64,000 bases of DNA, from NCBI GenBank assembly GCA_951406725.2, contig OX597826.1, positions 6,944,001-7,008,000 on the forward strand, in the 5' to 3' direction. The stretch comes from Octopus vulgaris (taxonomy: Eukaryota). How positions within the stretch are numbered: position 1 is the stretch's first letter; each line of letters begins with the position of its first letter. The translations under genes and the position numbers were made by a program. Of this stretch, positions 39,906 through 54,056 are shown one piece after another. Below the pieces are notes generated by a model. It saw only the letters and a program-made list of their open reading frames with translations. It did not search any database and had not been told where the DNA came from.

Positions 39906-39907
<2 letters not shown>
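37690..39907 (+). mobile_element. 5'-truncated Penelope-like element: RT remnant, GIY-YIG-type endonuclease, microsatellite-rich 3' UTR and terminal hammerhead
   Basis: FNVSMGSYDASGICDLIGLFLL (~37832-37897), a DD motif near 37947, and IWFTPPYSKEV.FNIGKYFL...HFP (38208-38292). ORF 38425 has IIYEATV...CVGLTEGNFKAGFNKHTLSF...HIWSLK...IHWKIL...CGLC.MER. Ends at (TA)n. Confidence 0.85.
39808..39881 (+). ncRNA. Type I hammerhead ribozyme at the PLE 3' terminus
   Basis: tggccggataa-CTGAAGA-gatg...catc-c-GAAA-ctcggag-TT-ttatcttggcta. Stem I ggataa/ttatct, quasi-palindromic stem III ACTC-G-GAGT, GUU triplet (39867-69). Confidence 0.8.
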
Positions 39908-39974
<67 letters not shown>

Positions 39975-40070
39975 CGGGAAGATTTATGAAAATAAACAAA
40001 AGACGAAGGCAGGTGGAGTACAAACAAACAATTGTAGTAGTATGGCGCTCAGGAATATAAATAAAACAAG

Positions 40071-40108
40071 TCTTTTACGTTTCGAGCCTACGCTCATCAA
40101 CAGAAAGA
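40071..40108 (-). ncRNA. Minimal hammerhead-like motif with atypical CUGUUGA-N core (copy 1)
   Basis: tcttt-CTGTTGA-t-gagc-gtag-gctc-GAAA-cg-TA-aaaga, in a ~145-nt module between two (TA)n tracts. Confidence 0.65.
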
Positions 40109-40113
40109 TACAC

Positions 40114-40170
<57 letters not shown>

Positions 40171-40493
40171 ACAAGGAAAGATCCAGAGGATAAGCGCCTA
40201 AGAATTTAGTAATGACAGTTGCGTAGGTGATAATTCCGAAAAGAAGTGAGACGTATTTTGGAAAACATGACAATAATGGAAAATGTAGACAAACGCACAA
40301 GATTCTATTTAAATCACTTATATCATAATATCACTGATATTTGTTTTGATTGATGCATAAAGACAAATACGAGAGGAAGAATTATGTGGAAAAATACATC
40401 AATCCTCTCAGGGAGGAGATTACAAACGACAGTGCTCATTAATAAGTCATTGTATATATATATATATATGTATATACATACATACATACACAC

Positions 40494-40531
<38 letters not shown>

Positions 40532-40949
40532 ATTTATATATATATATGTATGTATGTATACATATATATATTCCTAAAAATAATAACGTTAGTGGTCGCG
40601 AGCGTAAAACCTGTATAGGCAAAACTAATATTTATAAATAAGACATATTAATATATTTATATATACTAGGGTACAGCATAAGCACCTGCTTCGCTAAAAA
40701 TAGAAGTCAAAATATTCGTGAGCCACAGAAGAATCCCTACATTGATACAGACATGATAGGAAAAAACTCTTAGTGAACAAGAATAATGTCACATCTCTGG
40801 AAACAATGCAGAAGGAATATCAGTTTATCTTATATTTATACTTATATATATGTATGTATACACACACACATGCACATACACACACACACGTACACACACA
40901 AGTGTGTGTACGTGCGTGAGCACGCGCGTGTGTGTATGTTGCATATAGA

Positions 40950-41032
40950 GGCAGACAGGCAGATAGATAGATAGATAGATAGATAGACAGACAGCCAGAC
41001 AGATAGACAGAAAAACAGACAGACAGATAGAC

Positions 41033-41080
<48 letters not shown>

Positions 41081-41146
41081 GACTAGATAGATAGATAGAT
41101 AGATGAATAGAGAGATAGATGAATAGATATATACATAGATAGATGA

Positions 41147-41239
<93 letters not shown>

Positions 41240-41248
41240 CAGACAGAC
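40950..41248. repeat. (GATA/GACA)n tetranucleotide microsatellite
   Basis: Directly visible. Confidence 0.95.
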
Positions 41249-42197
41249 TACTATATATGTTGCATGATATTTAATTTTATTATTTCTTCTTAATTTAGAA
41301 ATTTATCACGAGAGAGATTCTAAAAACTTCAAAGTTTCACTGAATGAAACATATCTGGCATAAAATACCAATTATTCCATTTCCGGCAATCTGATTGGCT
41401 GAGTGACGTGACACATGTTAGTAAGAAATATAAATATTATTCTTCCGTTGTATTGCAATTTTATATTCCTGTACCTGAAGCATTTGTGCAAACGTTATCC
41501 AATCATATTTGAAATCGTAGAAACCATAGATTCTTTTTTATCATTATTTTTAGCACCTTAATGCGACTGAGCTTTCCTCTTATCTGTTTTACGCTTAATA
41601 CCATCTGGTCCCTGACATTTTTCAATATAATAATACAGGTAAATGTCACATTTATGGGAATCGTACTATGTTGAGTAACTTTAGCTTTCAGCATCTTAGG
41701 TGTCATATGCAGGATATTTTTAAGATAAACTGAACAGTTTTGTTTGCGATTATTGTTTAGAACTTATTGCAACGACAACATGGTTTGCATAGAATTTACG
41801 GTTTACTTGAAAAGAATTATCACAAGAAAGATATGACAGGTATTCTGTTCAATTACAGTACAGAAACATAGTTTAAATGTTTCTTCAACACCCGGACTTG
41901 TGAATTCGTGTTTACATTTTTGTTTTTACTGTTGTTGCTTTACACTTAGTGTTTCTGAGAAGAATGTCGGCTTTATCTTGTCACTCTATGTTTCATGCTT
42001 GTAGTGTTTTGGCATTTTCAGTTATCTCTTTTTTTGTCAATGTTAACTGGTCGTAGAATTACGCAGTTGGCTTTTGACATTTTCATTTTGGTGAATTAAG
42101 TAACTTCTGCAAGCTAATAGCAGATCTAGCTCTATCATTTTACTTTCCGAGTTTTGGGGGAAAATGCTTGCATAAACACATACATACAAACATATGA

Positions 42198-42240
<43 letters not shown>

Positions 42241-42241
42241 C

Positions 42242-42286
<45 letters not shown>

Positions 42287-43342
42287 TAATATCACCAAGT
42301 AGAATTCGCTTTGTTATTATATATATATATATATATACCTATATATATATAAGAGAGAGAGAGAGAGAGAGATATACACGCACACAAATATAAATATATA
42401 TATATGCATACATATGTGTGTATATGTGCATGCGTGTATAATTTACTATATTAGTTAAATATATATATATGATTGTCAAAAATTATTTCACTAATGTATA
42501 AAGACTAGCAAATATATCCCAACTTTCATTGCACGAGTTTATTGTTAAACAATATGTCCAACTATAGATCCTATATTAACAGAATTAAGATGGCGATAGA
42601 AATGATTATGTCCCTTTTAACAGTTGCTACCATGTGTACTTATAGACAAAGATAATCTTGAATACTGAAGCCACAGTTCATAATTAGCTGATGCTTGATT
42701 AAGTCACAGTGATCAAATTTTAATCCACAGTTAATTATTCCCCAAATTTATTTACTGGGCGAATGATTGCTATTAGATGATTATACAACGGAAAATTAGA
42801 CATAAGAAATCAGAAAAATTACACAAATTGGGAACGAAATGTGTGAACATCATTTAGAAATCTGATAGGTGGCTGATCCTCCCCCTGGTACTGACAAAAT
42901 GTATGAATGTGCAGTTTATGGCCTCATGAATCCATACGTTACAGAATATAGGAAAGAATTTCTGTTCACTAGTTCATTAAATGCATACTGATTTGTGATT
43001 TTGAAATGCCAGACAAAGCCTCTAATATACAACGTGAGAAAGAATTAAGAGAACTATATTTCTGCGATAGGTGTTGTTAATACTATTCACCAACTGCTTA
43101 GACTTGTATATATGTTTCTAAAACTTTCATGTGGTACAACGCAAAATCTTTCTCGGTTGAACATTTTTGATGAATAAGACCAATAAGTAAAAATTTTAAA
43201 TAATAATTCTGCTTGTCATTTCGTTACTTAACCCGTCGTTATCGCTTTCACGTGATTAGAGAAAAGGTGGGAGAGAGAAGCGTCCATGACAGGAATTAGA
43301 GGAAACGTAAGAGGTGAGTTAGGATTATAATTGATCTATTTA

Positions 43343-43462
<120 letters not shown>

Positions 43463-44180
43463 CGCACGCAAACATACACGTAAATATAAAAATACATATC
43501 CATATCGTATTTTTATTTTTGACAATATAATCTTTACTTTCACTTTCCAGAAACCCACTTCCTATTCTCCCCCAATCTCCATCAGTTTCTTTCTCCTTAT
43601 CTACGCCACGTATCTCTCTTTACACCGAAAACTTTTATCTCCCTCGTACTCTATACACCTCACTATCTCTTATATTATCTCTCCATTATTGCCCCCCCCT
43701 CCCGCTTCCTCTTTTTTTCTCTCTCTGCCTCTCTCTCTCTTTTAAATTCAAACTACATAATATTTGTTAACATTATGTACAACACCTAGGATTGTATTTA
43801 TTGGATCAGCGAGAAGCCTTAAGATCCTTTATCACCTCGTAGTTAACATAAAATAGAAGGTACAAAAATCCACAGATATACACAGACGAGCATGCGTGCA
43901 TAATCGTAGAAACACATGGAGAATTTGCACATTTGCACATTCATACGCTTTGAACTAAACACAAACGAAATTCACACGTATGTATATACATATAGAAAAC
44001 GTATAGATATTATAGAGTTACATACACACGCATACATGCATATGTGCTTAGTTACTTACATGCATGCATACATACACACATACATGCATATATATATATA
44101 TATGCATGCATAATACATACATATTTACATAGGTCCATACACATATACATATATACAGACATACACATACATATATATGC

Positions 44181-44211
<31 letters not shown>

Positions 44212-45483
44212 CACATACATTCATACATCCTTAAACGCATAAATGCATACATACGTCCATACACATACACATATATACACACATAAATACAGACATATAC
44301 ATACACATATATGCATATATATATATATATATACATATACATTCACACATGCATAAACGCATAAATGCATACATAAATAAGCCATATATATATATATATA
44401 TATACATATACACACGTACATCATCAGCGAAATGAAAGATCAAAATAGAACTAACCTAATAATCGAAAACGAAATGAAAGATGACATTTTTCTTTGATAG
44501 ACATTCATGCTTTACGCCATTTTTTTTTTCAAATTGTATGACGACATCAAATTTAATTATCAGTTCATTTCAATGTTTTCCTCTCTTTTTACAAAAAGAA
44601 TCGTAAATTAAATGTTGCAAGGCGTCAAAAATCAATAATCTAATACGTAACCAAGTTAACTTGTTGGATTACACCTCTCAGCCTCTAAATAAAATTGGAC
44701 ACATTCACACAACAACACAACAGAAGTTCTGAAGATCTCTCACTGGAACTCTAATAGCCGTCATTTTAACATGAGTTTGACTTATGGCATTTCATATTCA
44801 GATACGTGTTTTTATGTTTTTAATTTCATATATACTCTAACTCAACCTTATCTATTTGTAAATTATGCTTCAATATTACTAAAAATATTTATGCCAAGAG
44901 GGAATAGAACAACACACTTGGTGTTTGTTTCTAATCTCTGTTAAGTTTTCTTTTTAGCAGATATTTAAAAGGAATATCTATTTTCTCTCTCTCCTTATAC
45001 ATATAGATATTACTGCTATCTATGTGTCAAGATACCTCCAGTTCTCTTTCTAATTGTTCATACACACACGCGCACGCACGCATACATATATATTCATAAG
45101 TTTCTCGTGTTATAGAATTCATAGCTCAGCTTACCATGGCAACTTTCCATGGCAAATAAGTGTTACCGAGATCAGAACATTTCACCTGAAAGGGAGGCCA
45201 ATCGAGAGCAAAATTATTCGTGTACAGCAATATGAACTGGAGCCACGTGAGATAGAAATTTTAGCTTAAGAACTCACCACCCTGCCTCGTCCGAGATCAA
45301 AATCACAATCGTACGACCAAGGGTAACATACCACTTCAACCTGTGACATGAATTTTTTCAGAAAGCCGACTAACGTATCTTGGCTTTGTATAAAATACAA
45401 CGGAGAAAACACTAGGCCGCGCACCATCAAATACGCTAACACTCACAAACATATGCCTTCATATAGGTTTATTTACATTAAGT

Positions 45484-45637
45484 CTTGGAGAGTTCATTGC
45501 ACCAACATTTAGAGAGTGACTGCAACTGCTATTAACATAACGCCGTCATCCAACAGCTAAATATTTGTTTTACACCAACGCTTGGAGAGTCAATTACACA
45601 AACATTTAGAGAGTGATTGCTACTTCTAACATAACGC
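45484..45637 (+). repeat. Diverged direct duplication, period ~97 bp
   Basis: cttggagagt...aacatttagagagtga...taacataacgc occurs at 45484 and 45581. Confidence 0.75.
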
Positions 45638-45838
45638 TGGGGAATTTGAATATGTTAACCAAACCTGTATAACTGGGCATTTTTGTGAAACTTTTGGCAT
45701 TTTCAGAAGCTTTCATATTTGCCCTTTTTCCTTTCTTCGATATTACAATTCCTCAAGCGATCTGCAACGCACTAATATTTCCGCCTATATGCTTCCTTTT
45801 TTTTTTTTTTCGTTCTCTCTCCGGTTTCCTCCTCTGAA

Positions 45839-45877
45839 TCTTTTCTGTTGACGAGCGTCGGCTTGAAACGTCAAAGA
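45839..45877 (+). ncRNA. Minimal hammerhead-like motif with atypical CUGUUGA-N core (copy 2)
   Basis: tctttt-CTGTTGA-c-gagc-gtcg-gctt-GAAA-cg-TC-aaaga. Confidence 0.6.
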
Positions 45878-46102
45878 CATTTCCATTCTTCCCGAACGTT
45901 AAACTAAAACACCTGCATGCTGTTACTCCACCTGCTCTCATCCTTTGTTTTCTGTTGCCCGAAATGGTCGTGACTTCTGGGACTTGACTGATGAAAGAAA
46001 GCCAAGAATGGCTCATCTTTTTATGCCTGCCCTATTTGCTGTTTCTTCTGTCTGCCCTTGTATCATCTCATTTCAATACCCTCTTTTGCGGTTTTGTTCC
46101 AT

Positions 46103-46178
<76 letters not shown>

Positions 46179-46237
46179 GTATGTATTTGTATGTATGTAT
46201 GTATGTATGTATGTATGTATATATTTATATATGTATG

Positions 46238-46292
<55 letters not shown>

Positions 46293-46984
46293 GACAAGTA
46301 AGCAGAACTTAGGACTCCATGTATATCTCAGTATATCTGAAGAAAAGCTGTGCAGAAAGCTTGTAATATAGTAGACAGTTTATTTGGTTGAAATCCGATG
46401 TATGCCACAGGTAGCATACAGGAAACAAAAGAGAAGCGCCTGTTTCTAGAATATATTTAGTTACACAATCTTGTTACTGATCCAATATTGTCAGCAGCTC
46501 TCACATTATTTGAGTAAAATTACGAAAACCAGTTCTCGTATATAATTGATAATCATTGTTTTTTAATGAAAAGCGTGATGTAACGAAATAACTTATAATA
46601 AAGTATCTTGTCGTGTGTGTATATGTGTGTGTGTCTCATTAAATAAACATATATGATCTAATTTTAACGTATTTATTCAAAATTCTTCATATTTCTTTAT
46701 TAGCGAGGCTTGGAACAATAGTTATATTAAATTTATATTTGATGTTTTTAGACGTTTACTGTCTCATGTTAAAGAATTGAATTGAATATTTTTTAGCGTT
46801 TGCGTTTTTTGTGATATATTTATTGAATACGTGTACACTCTACCAAGATAGACTTTCTGATCGTTAGCACCATACATCAGCAGTCGCATCTTTATTTCTT
46901 TGCGCCATCAAATGTGTGTGTATATGTTTGTATCTCAGTATGAATAGATATACAGTCATAAATTTATACTTACACTCATACCTA

Positions 46985-48330
46985 CCACCCTACATGGCGG
47001 TTGTCTACTCCTTATGTAGTGTTTGACCACCTCCTGTACCTACACCTTAGAACCATCATGGCATTTGATGTGGCTTTTTAAACCAGACAATGTTCTGAAA
47101 AGACGCCCACACAGATTGCACATACGATTTGGACCATCAAGAGCTGCAGATAAGTTCTGATCTTTGTGGATCTTAAAATGTTTTTGAGGCCCCCGTTGGA
47201 TATGCAAACCTGGCATATACTGCATTCAAAAGGTGTTCACAGACATGTAGGGAGAATAGTTTTGTGGATGTTCCTTTTCCATGCGTTCCCAGATGAGATT
47301 TGAGCCCAGCAAAAGACCGGCAATGTCTGTCACAGACTGTGCACACTAAAAGGTCATTGTCTTTCACCTTCTCGATCGTTACATTCTTCCTTAGATCTCT
47401 TTTGAGTCTTACATGCATTAGCGTAGCCTCTTCAAATGCTTTCACTCCATTCCACACTTTTGTTCGCCATCAAACTTGACCGAAGCAAGGGTTTCTATGT
47501 CTCCTGGATCCATTCCAAGTGACTTCATAGTAATCCTTACAACGTCCTTAAACCTCTTTTTAGATTTACGCCGATAGCGTTTCCCCTCTGCATGCTCACC
47601 ATAAAACAGCTGTTTCGGCATCTGCCATTCCAACAATATGTCCACACCATCTCATTTGGTTTCTCAAAATCATAGCTTTAATTGAAGTGATGACTGAAGA
47701 TGCAAGAACATCTGTGTTTAGAGTAAATTTTTAAAATGCCATGAAGGCCTTTTTAGTGGAATTGTTCTAACAATTTAAAATGCCTTTCATACAAGTCCAA
47801 GTTTCATAGGGGTACAACAGGGATGGTAAGACGAATGATTTGTAAAGGGGCATTGTTATTTATATGTCGCTGACAGCAAACACTTGACTCCAAGCCACCA
47901 AATGCTTTTACTGCCATTTGAATTCACAGCTGTATTTCTGTATGAAGATTTCCATCATTTTGAAGAGAGCTTCCAAGATAAATGAATGAATTGACAACCT
48001 CAAGTAATTTACTCTTAACAACAAATTTTAGGGTGGTTACAAACAGCACCACACGCAGGTTGATGCATTACAAGAGATTGTAGACCTGGCTGACTAGAAT
48101 GACTGACTAGATCGCAATCGTCAGCGTACAAAAGTTCCCTAATGAGTGAAGTAAAAACCTTCGTTTTGAATTTCCGTCTGGTCGGATTAAAAACATTCCC
48201 TGTTGTTCGATACTTTATGTAAATACCCTGTTCAGAATTTTGAAAAGCATTTGATAGCACAAAAGCAAATTATATAACAAAGAGTGTGGGTGCGTCAACA
48301 TCTCGCTTTACTCCATTTCCCATGGCAAAA
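46985..48330 (-). mobile_element. RTE-clade LINE, 3' portion (RT C-terminus and C2H2 zinc fingers), decayed
   Basis: GIYIKYRTTGNVFN...IRELLYADDC, YLGS and MPKQLFYGE.AEGKR..KRFKD. C-terminal CTVCDRHCRSFAGLKSHLGTH and CNLCGRLFRTLSGLKSHIKCH. The 5' end abuts (CATA)n. Confidence 0.9.
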
Positions 48331-51145
48331 AATAGAAACCTTGATGCACCTACCTACCTACATACATGCATACATACATACATACATACATGCATACATA
48401 CATAAATACATACATGCATACATACATAAATACATACATACATACATACATACATACATACATACATACATACATACATACATACATGCATACATACATA
48501 CAACAGGATACACACCAACCGGTATGGAACAAAGTATGGCTGGACTTGGAGTCTTGAGAGAACGTCAATTTTTAATTCATACACTACAAACGATCACAAT
48601 ACCTGGAACTATAAGGATCAGAAAAACCTTCATACGTTTTGAAGGATGACGCATAAATCAAGATAATTTCCTTCATTTCTTAGCTACGAGGCGAGTGGCT
48701 AATCAAGATTTTCCACAAATTAAAAAAAAGATAGAGCATGCATATATACACATCGAAGCCGTCACTAGCACTATAAAAATCTGTAAAACTTTACAGAAGT
48801 TTATTATTCAAATATATATGCGCATGTCTAGATATGCAAGTATATGCATGAGAAGACATACATAAAACAAAATATACAAATCTGAATGTATACATACATA
48901 GATGCATACATACATGCATACATACATACCTACATACATACATATATACATGCATATAAAAATACTCCGCTAATGCTGTTAAAATTCCAAAGAAAGAGCC
49001 TTAGATTAAGGTTAGAAATCGGTTTTTTCTCTATTAGCAAGAAATCTTGAAATAAAACTGAATGATGATATACATACATGTGTATGTAGTCAATTCTATT
49101 CTAATGAAATTCGAGGCGTCGAGATATAAATACTTGTAGTTCGGTTACGGCACAGCAACTGGGGTGTCAAGTACGTCTATGCTATCCTACAGTATAGTAG
49201 ATCCCTGCAGACGGACCGATTACATTGCTCGGGATCTGGGTTAATCCCTATCTCCAGAGAAGCAGGAACAGGGATGAAGTTACGAGCAGGGTGGTCAGCC
49301 TCACTCAGAAATAAACTGAGAAGCCATCACAGAAAGATCAACCAGAGTGGCGAATGCCTTTATCACCTCCGAAATAACTTACCATCTGAACGTTCGGCCT
49401 TGCCAAAGCACTCTGGGAAACGGTCTAGGCATGTTGTGACTGCTGATGTTCAAACAAGCGTTCTGACCGCGCCACGTGCAGCCTTTTCAGGTAAGTAAGC
49501 ATACCTGGTCTCCGTACGAAAGACACGTCTTTCTGCAGCCCACCTCTTTCACGTAGGAGCAGCAATTGGTCATAAAATGATCAAGATTGGATTCCTGACA
49601 CCTGCAATTTCGTGAAGCGCACAGTTCTCTATTATTCAGGCAATGCGGTACGGATTTATATTTGAAAGGTCTGGTGAGGAGTGAAACGAATTTGTAAAAA
49701 AACACAAAATCTGACGACGGCGGATGTAACACACTGGCAAATTGCCAACGTGTTTTCCCTCGAATAAAAATACTCCAAAATAATTTCACTCATGTCTTAT
49801 TTCCACACCTTTGTCATTCTTGCAGGTGGGAATACAGTGCCCTGATAGTGTTAGATATAAATAAACTATGACACTTTTTAAAACAAAATATGCAATAAAA
49901 CAACAGATAAGCAGATTTTCAGCCGTGGAAACTGACCTACATAGAACAGCCTTTTCTGCAGTTTTTCGCTGTATTATCATCCTTTTGTATGTTTTCGTCC
50001 ACTTTCATGAACTAATTATCGATCCCGAGATAATTCATAAGAAACTGGCGTTCACTAGCAGCATATAAATTTAGATGATCTATAAGATTTCGTAAATTGC
50101 GAATTTGAGTAGTACTGCGCTTAATCCTCTAGTACTTCTATTATTTTGCTTTTCAGCCAAGCCCCTCCATAGAACATAGAATTAAATGACAGTCATATTA
50201 TGGCCTTGCATTGTAGTAGTGTATATTGTAATGAGACTGGATTGGTTTGGATTGAATTGTTGCAGGGAGAATACACTGTCTCATATTTGGTCCATGGTAT
50301 TTGAAAAAAAGGTCAACGTATCTCTTTAAATTATTGATATTCCTTTCTGTTGGTTAACGAGTCATAGAGAATCAAGTGAAAGAACTCCTTGTAAAATCCA
50401 AGTTAATTACATGTTTATTTTTGTTAAGGAGCTGGAGAATTTCGCGTCATCCACTACCGTCTTGATTTCATTGGAGTTAGACAAACACCTCTTATCCTAC
50501 TCAAGAAATACTAGTTATTTGTGTGTTCAGTCGTTCTACTAAGAGACGTTTTATATTAAAAAAAAAATTGCGGGTAACAAGTTGAGTCATACGTTGGTCT
50601 TTACTATTGTCCCTATTGTTCTGGTTAGAAGCTATTTGATTACTTGCTCAGGATTACTTCAACTGGTATTGAAAGTAGTTGACGTCATTTGGCAATACTC
50701 TATTTCAAATGGTATTTACCATGAATATTCGATTTTATAAATACCCCGGATGCTTCTGTCTCGGTGATAAACAGTTCGGGTGTTTGTTTGGTGTTTCACA
50801 AAACTGGAAGTGTATATATATTCTATAATAAGCGTTTAATATTTTTCGGTGATGATATTTTCATTCAATTATGAATTATTCTCGTGTTGATTTTAATGAC
50901 TCTTGTTTATCTTTTATCTTTTATGTTTTTTTTTTTGTTATTTTTACTTCTATCATTTATTGGTTTGTGGCGATGCTGGGGCTGCGTTTTAAAGGTTTTA
51001 GTCGAGCAAATCGACCTCAGAACTTGTCTGTAGGTCAGGTAGTTATTCTACCGGTTTTGCCCCATCCCCGTTACATGAACGTAAACAAATCATCACAGGT
51101 TGTCAAGTATGTGGAGGTTAGGATAAAAGAAACACAGAGACACAT

Positions 51146-51781
51146 TGTTATATCTTTATATGTCAGTATATTAATACGACCACTTCGGTGATCGCAGTAT
51201 CGCTATTAGCTCAAGGCGGCGAGCTGGCAGAATCGTTAGCGCGCCGGGCGAAATGCGGAGCCGTATTTCGTCTGCCGCTACGTACAGAGTTCAAATTCCG
51301 CCGAGGTCAACTTTGACTTTCATCCTTTCGGGGTCGATAAATTATGTACCAGTTACGCACTGGAGTCGTTGTAATCGACTTAATCCCTTTGTTTGTCCTT
51401 GTTTGTCACCTCAATGTTTAGCCTCTTGTGGGCAATAAAGAAATAAGAAGCGTTAGCGAAGTGCTTTGCGTATTTCATCTGTCTTTACCTTCTGAGTTCA
51501 AATTCCGCCGAGATCGACTTTGCCTTTCATCCTTTCGGGGTGGATAAATTAAGTACCAGTTGCTTACTGGTGTCGATCTAATCGACAGCTTACGGCCCCC
51601 AAATTTTGAGTCTTATACCTTGAGTAGAAAAAAAAATTTAAGTATCGCTATTAGCCCTGTAAGACAAGACTCTTAGCATAGTCTAACACTTACTCTCTGA
51701 TACTGGCCGACATCACCTTACTCATAGCGACATCCCATTCCACTTGTCACGTAGACGTACCATAATTACTAATTCCCTACA
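51146..51781 (-). mobile_element. Putative Gypsy 3' LTR (~190 bp net), interrupted by a SINE dimer
   Basis: On the minus strand, the polypurine tract aaaggagaga is followed by TGTAGGG (51781), and the LTR ends ataaagatataACA (51146). Confidence 0.5.
51211..51640 (+). mobile_element. SINE family C dimer within one 15-bp TSD
   Basis: TSD agtatcgctattagc at 51196-210 and 51641-655. Two units with different 3' ends join at ~51447. Confidence 0.85.
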
Positions 51782-51855
51782 TCTCTCCTTTGAAGTTTTT
51801 CTTAGAAATGTCATTTTATTTAACAAGAAGTTTTTCATTCTCCCCACCTCCCTTT

Positions 51856-52180
51856 TTAAAGTTTGCGCTTGACATCTATTTTCAGGAACTCTGTATGTTT
51901 TCTTTTCCTCTCACTTGTACGCCTGGGTTCGATCACCTGCAGCGGCGTTGATGCTTGGAACGTATCGGTTCGTCCAACGTCTTTGCTTCGCTTTCCACGA
52001 ATCTCTTTTTCAGTTGGTCCCTGTCGCTTTAGTATACCTCTTCTAGTTTTTACCCAATACAACATTTTACCAATGCATTTGTTAATTACTCCCTCTTCCC
52101 AACTCGACTTTCCATTTCTGTATGCCCTCATATACACCTTTCCGCCAACTTTAGAGAATCTTGCTACGTCTTCTCTGACA
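51856..52180 (-). mobile_element. Ty3/Gypsy polyprotein C-terminal (post-integrase) fragment
   Basis: FSKVGGKVYMRAYRNGKSSWEEGVINKCIGKMLYWVKTRRGILKR matches the F..GD.V..R.Y....W..GVI....G...Y.V.....KRH integrase tail. Followed by PRRTSERKRK, a stop and purine tracts. Confidence 0.75.
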
Positions 52181-53812
52181 TGCACACACAGAGAGAGAGA
52201 GAGAGAAATATACGACGAGATTCCACAAAGACTTCGTTAACCAAATTAGTTCAAAAGTAACTATAGTAGAAGACAAATTGTCCAAGATGTCGCACATAGA
52301 GCTAGAACTCGAAAACACGTTGTAAAGCGAGTTCCTTAACTACACAGCCATGTCTACGCCAAGATGCTTTTTAAAAAAATTAATATATTACACAGATCTA
52401 TTCTGCTGTTGCATAAGCAATCTATCAGTCAGACTCTTTGAAAGAAATACCAGTTGTGTGGTGGTGTCATTTTCAGAGAAATGCATCCTTACGTTCATTC
52501 TTTTGTAGTAGAATTGGAAATATATAAACTACATCCTCGATGTTTAAACGAACACAAATGCAGAATGTAGCTATATACAGAGTGATGCACCTACAGTTAT
52601 TCTCGACTATCTTGCATACATACGCAGGACCACATTTAAATGACACGTTAAGTTTAACAAAGAAATATCACATTCGGTAGGGAGAGTGTCATTAAGTATC
52701 TGCCTGTTTGTTCTTTATTGTCGCAGAAACATGATGTATATATTGTTTTTCGTTTATTTTTTTGTTTGTTTTTTTTTTTTGGTTTGGTTTCGTTGTTATT
52801 GTGGATTGCATTTATTTGTTTTGTTTTGTTGTTTTTTTTTTGTTTAAATACGAAAGAATGTTAATATAAAAGTTGGCTAGTGTCGCGTCCCTTAAGGAAT
52901 GGTTGAACAATTTATCAAGTGCACTTGAAATCACCGTTAGCTTTAAAATATATAACAAAATATAAACCAACAATAACAACAACATCTACATCGAATCAAT
53001 GTAATGCCTCCCATAAAATCTTTTTTTTTTCATTCTTTTATTTTATCTATTTATTGTTTCTGTTTTGTTTTTGTTTTGTTTTGTTTTTCTTCTTTGCTTT
53101 TTAGAAACAATTAAAAACTAAAATAGGAAACTAGAAAATATATAAATTATTCAAAAATAAAAGGATAAGAATTTCAGTTAAGACAAACAGACAGAACCTG
53201 AGGAAGGACGGAGCGGGTGAAAAAAAGCTGTTACAAAAATATTCTTTGGACGTTTAACTGCCTGAAAGAAAGGAAAACATCCTGTCAGAGTTCCCTGCAT
53301 ATATTAGCTGCTATGTCGTATTTTAGCTGTTTACGCATGCATTTTATTGTATTTTAAATGATTCGTTTATTGCAATTCTTCCTTATATTTGTTTAGTTTT
53401 ATATTTATTTGCTTTTTTTTTTTACAAAATACCTTTTTCGGGCTTTTTTATTTGTTTCTTTGTTTTAATTGTTTCGTTAATGTTTTGTTTTCTTTTCTTT
53501 TCGTTAGTATATTTTATATTTTAATTTTTTTCTTTTATTTTCGAAATTCATTTAATTTAAGTTATGCAATAAAAATAAAAACAAAAACGAAAAAAATACA
53601 ATTAATAATGGGAGAAAAATAGTAAATAATTGAAAGGTTAGAGGCTAACGTAATTGTATTTTGTGCATTAATATTTTATCACACGTTTCACTATGTTTCT
53701 ATATATATATATACGTATGTATGTATATACATACCTTCGTCTCTATGTGTGTATGTTTATGCATATATGCATATATCTTGAATTTGTAGAGGTATGTTTT
53801 TATATACATATA

Positions 53813-53870
<58 letters not shown>

Positions 53871-53994
53871 CAGTGTATTGTATATTCTTTGACAATATAT
53901 TTATATCAATATTATCTCGAATATATACACTTACCATTTTGTGCCCCGTTTTAAAAGTGTTACTTCAATGTTCTATGCATTTTTACGTTTATTA

Positions 53995-54056
<62 letters not shown>

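Larger units (their letters stand above)
50920..52360 (-). mobile_element. Old SINE family D copy split by a Gypsy fragment
   Basis: Tail half at 50920-51145 and head half at ~52185-52360, both homologous to 32075-32497. Confidence 0.6.

Noticed and set aside
42869-42990. Short open frame VADPPPGTDKMYECAVYGLMNPY
   Set aside because: No polypyrimidine tract or clear donor, and no recognisable domain.
45955-46015. GAAA...CTGATGA as a possible type II hammerhead
   Set aside because: Stems I-III do not pair convincingly.
49274-49498. 74-aa ORF ending at a perfect splice donor (cag|gtaagt)
   Set aside because: No recognisable protein, acceptor or partner exon. It may be a LINE 5' region and cannot be supported without RNA data.
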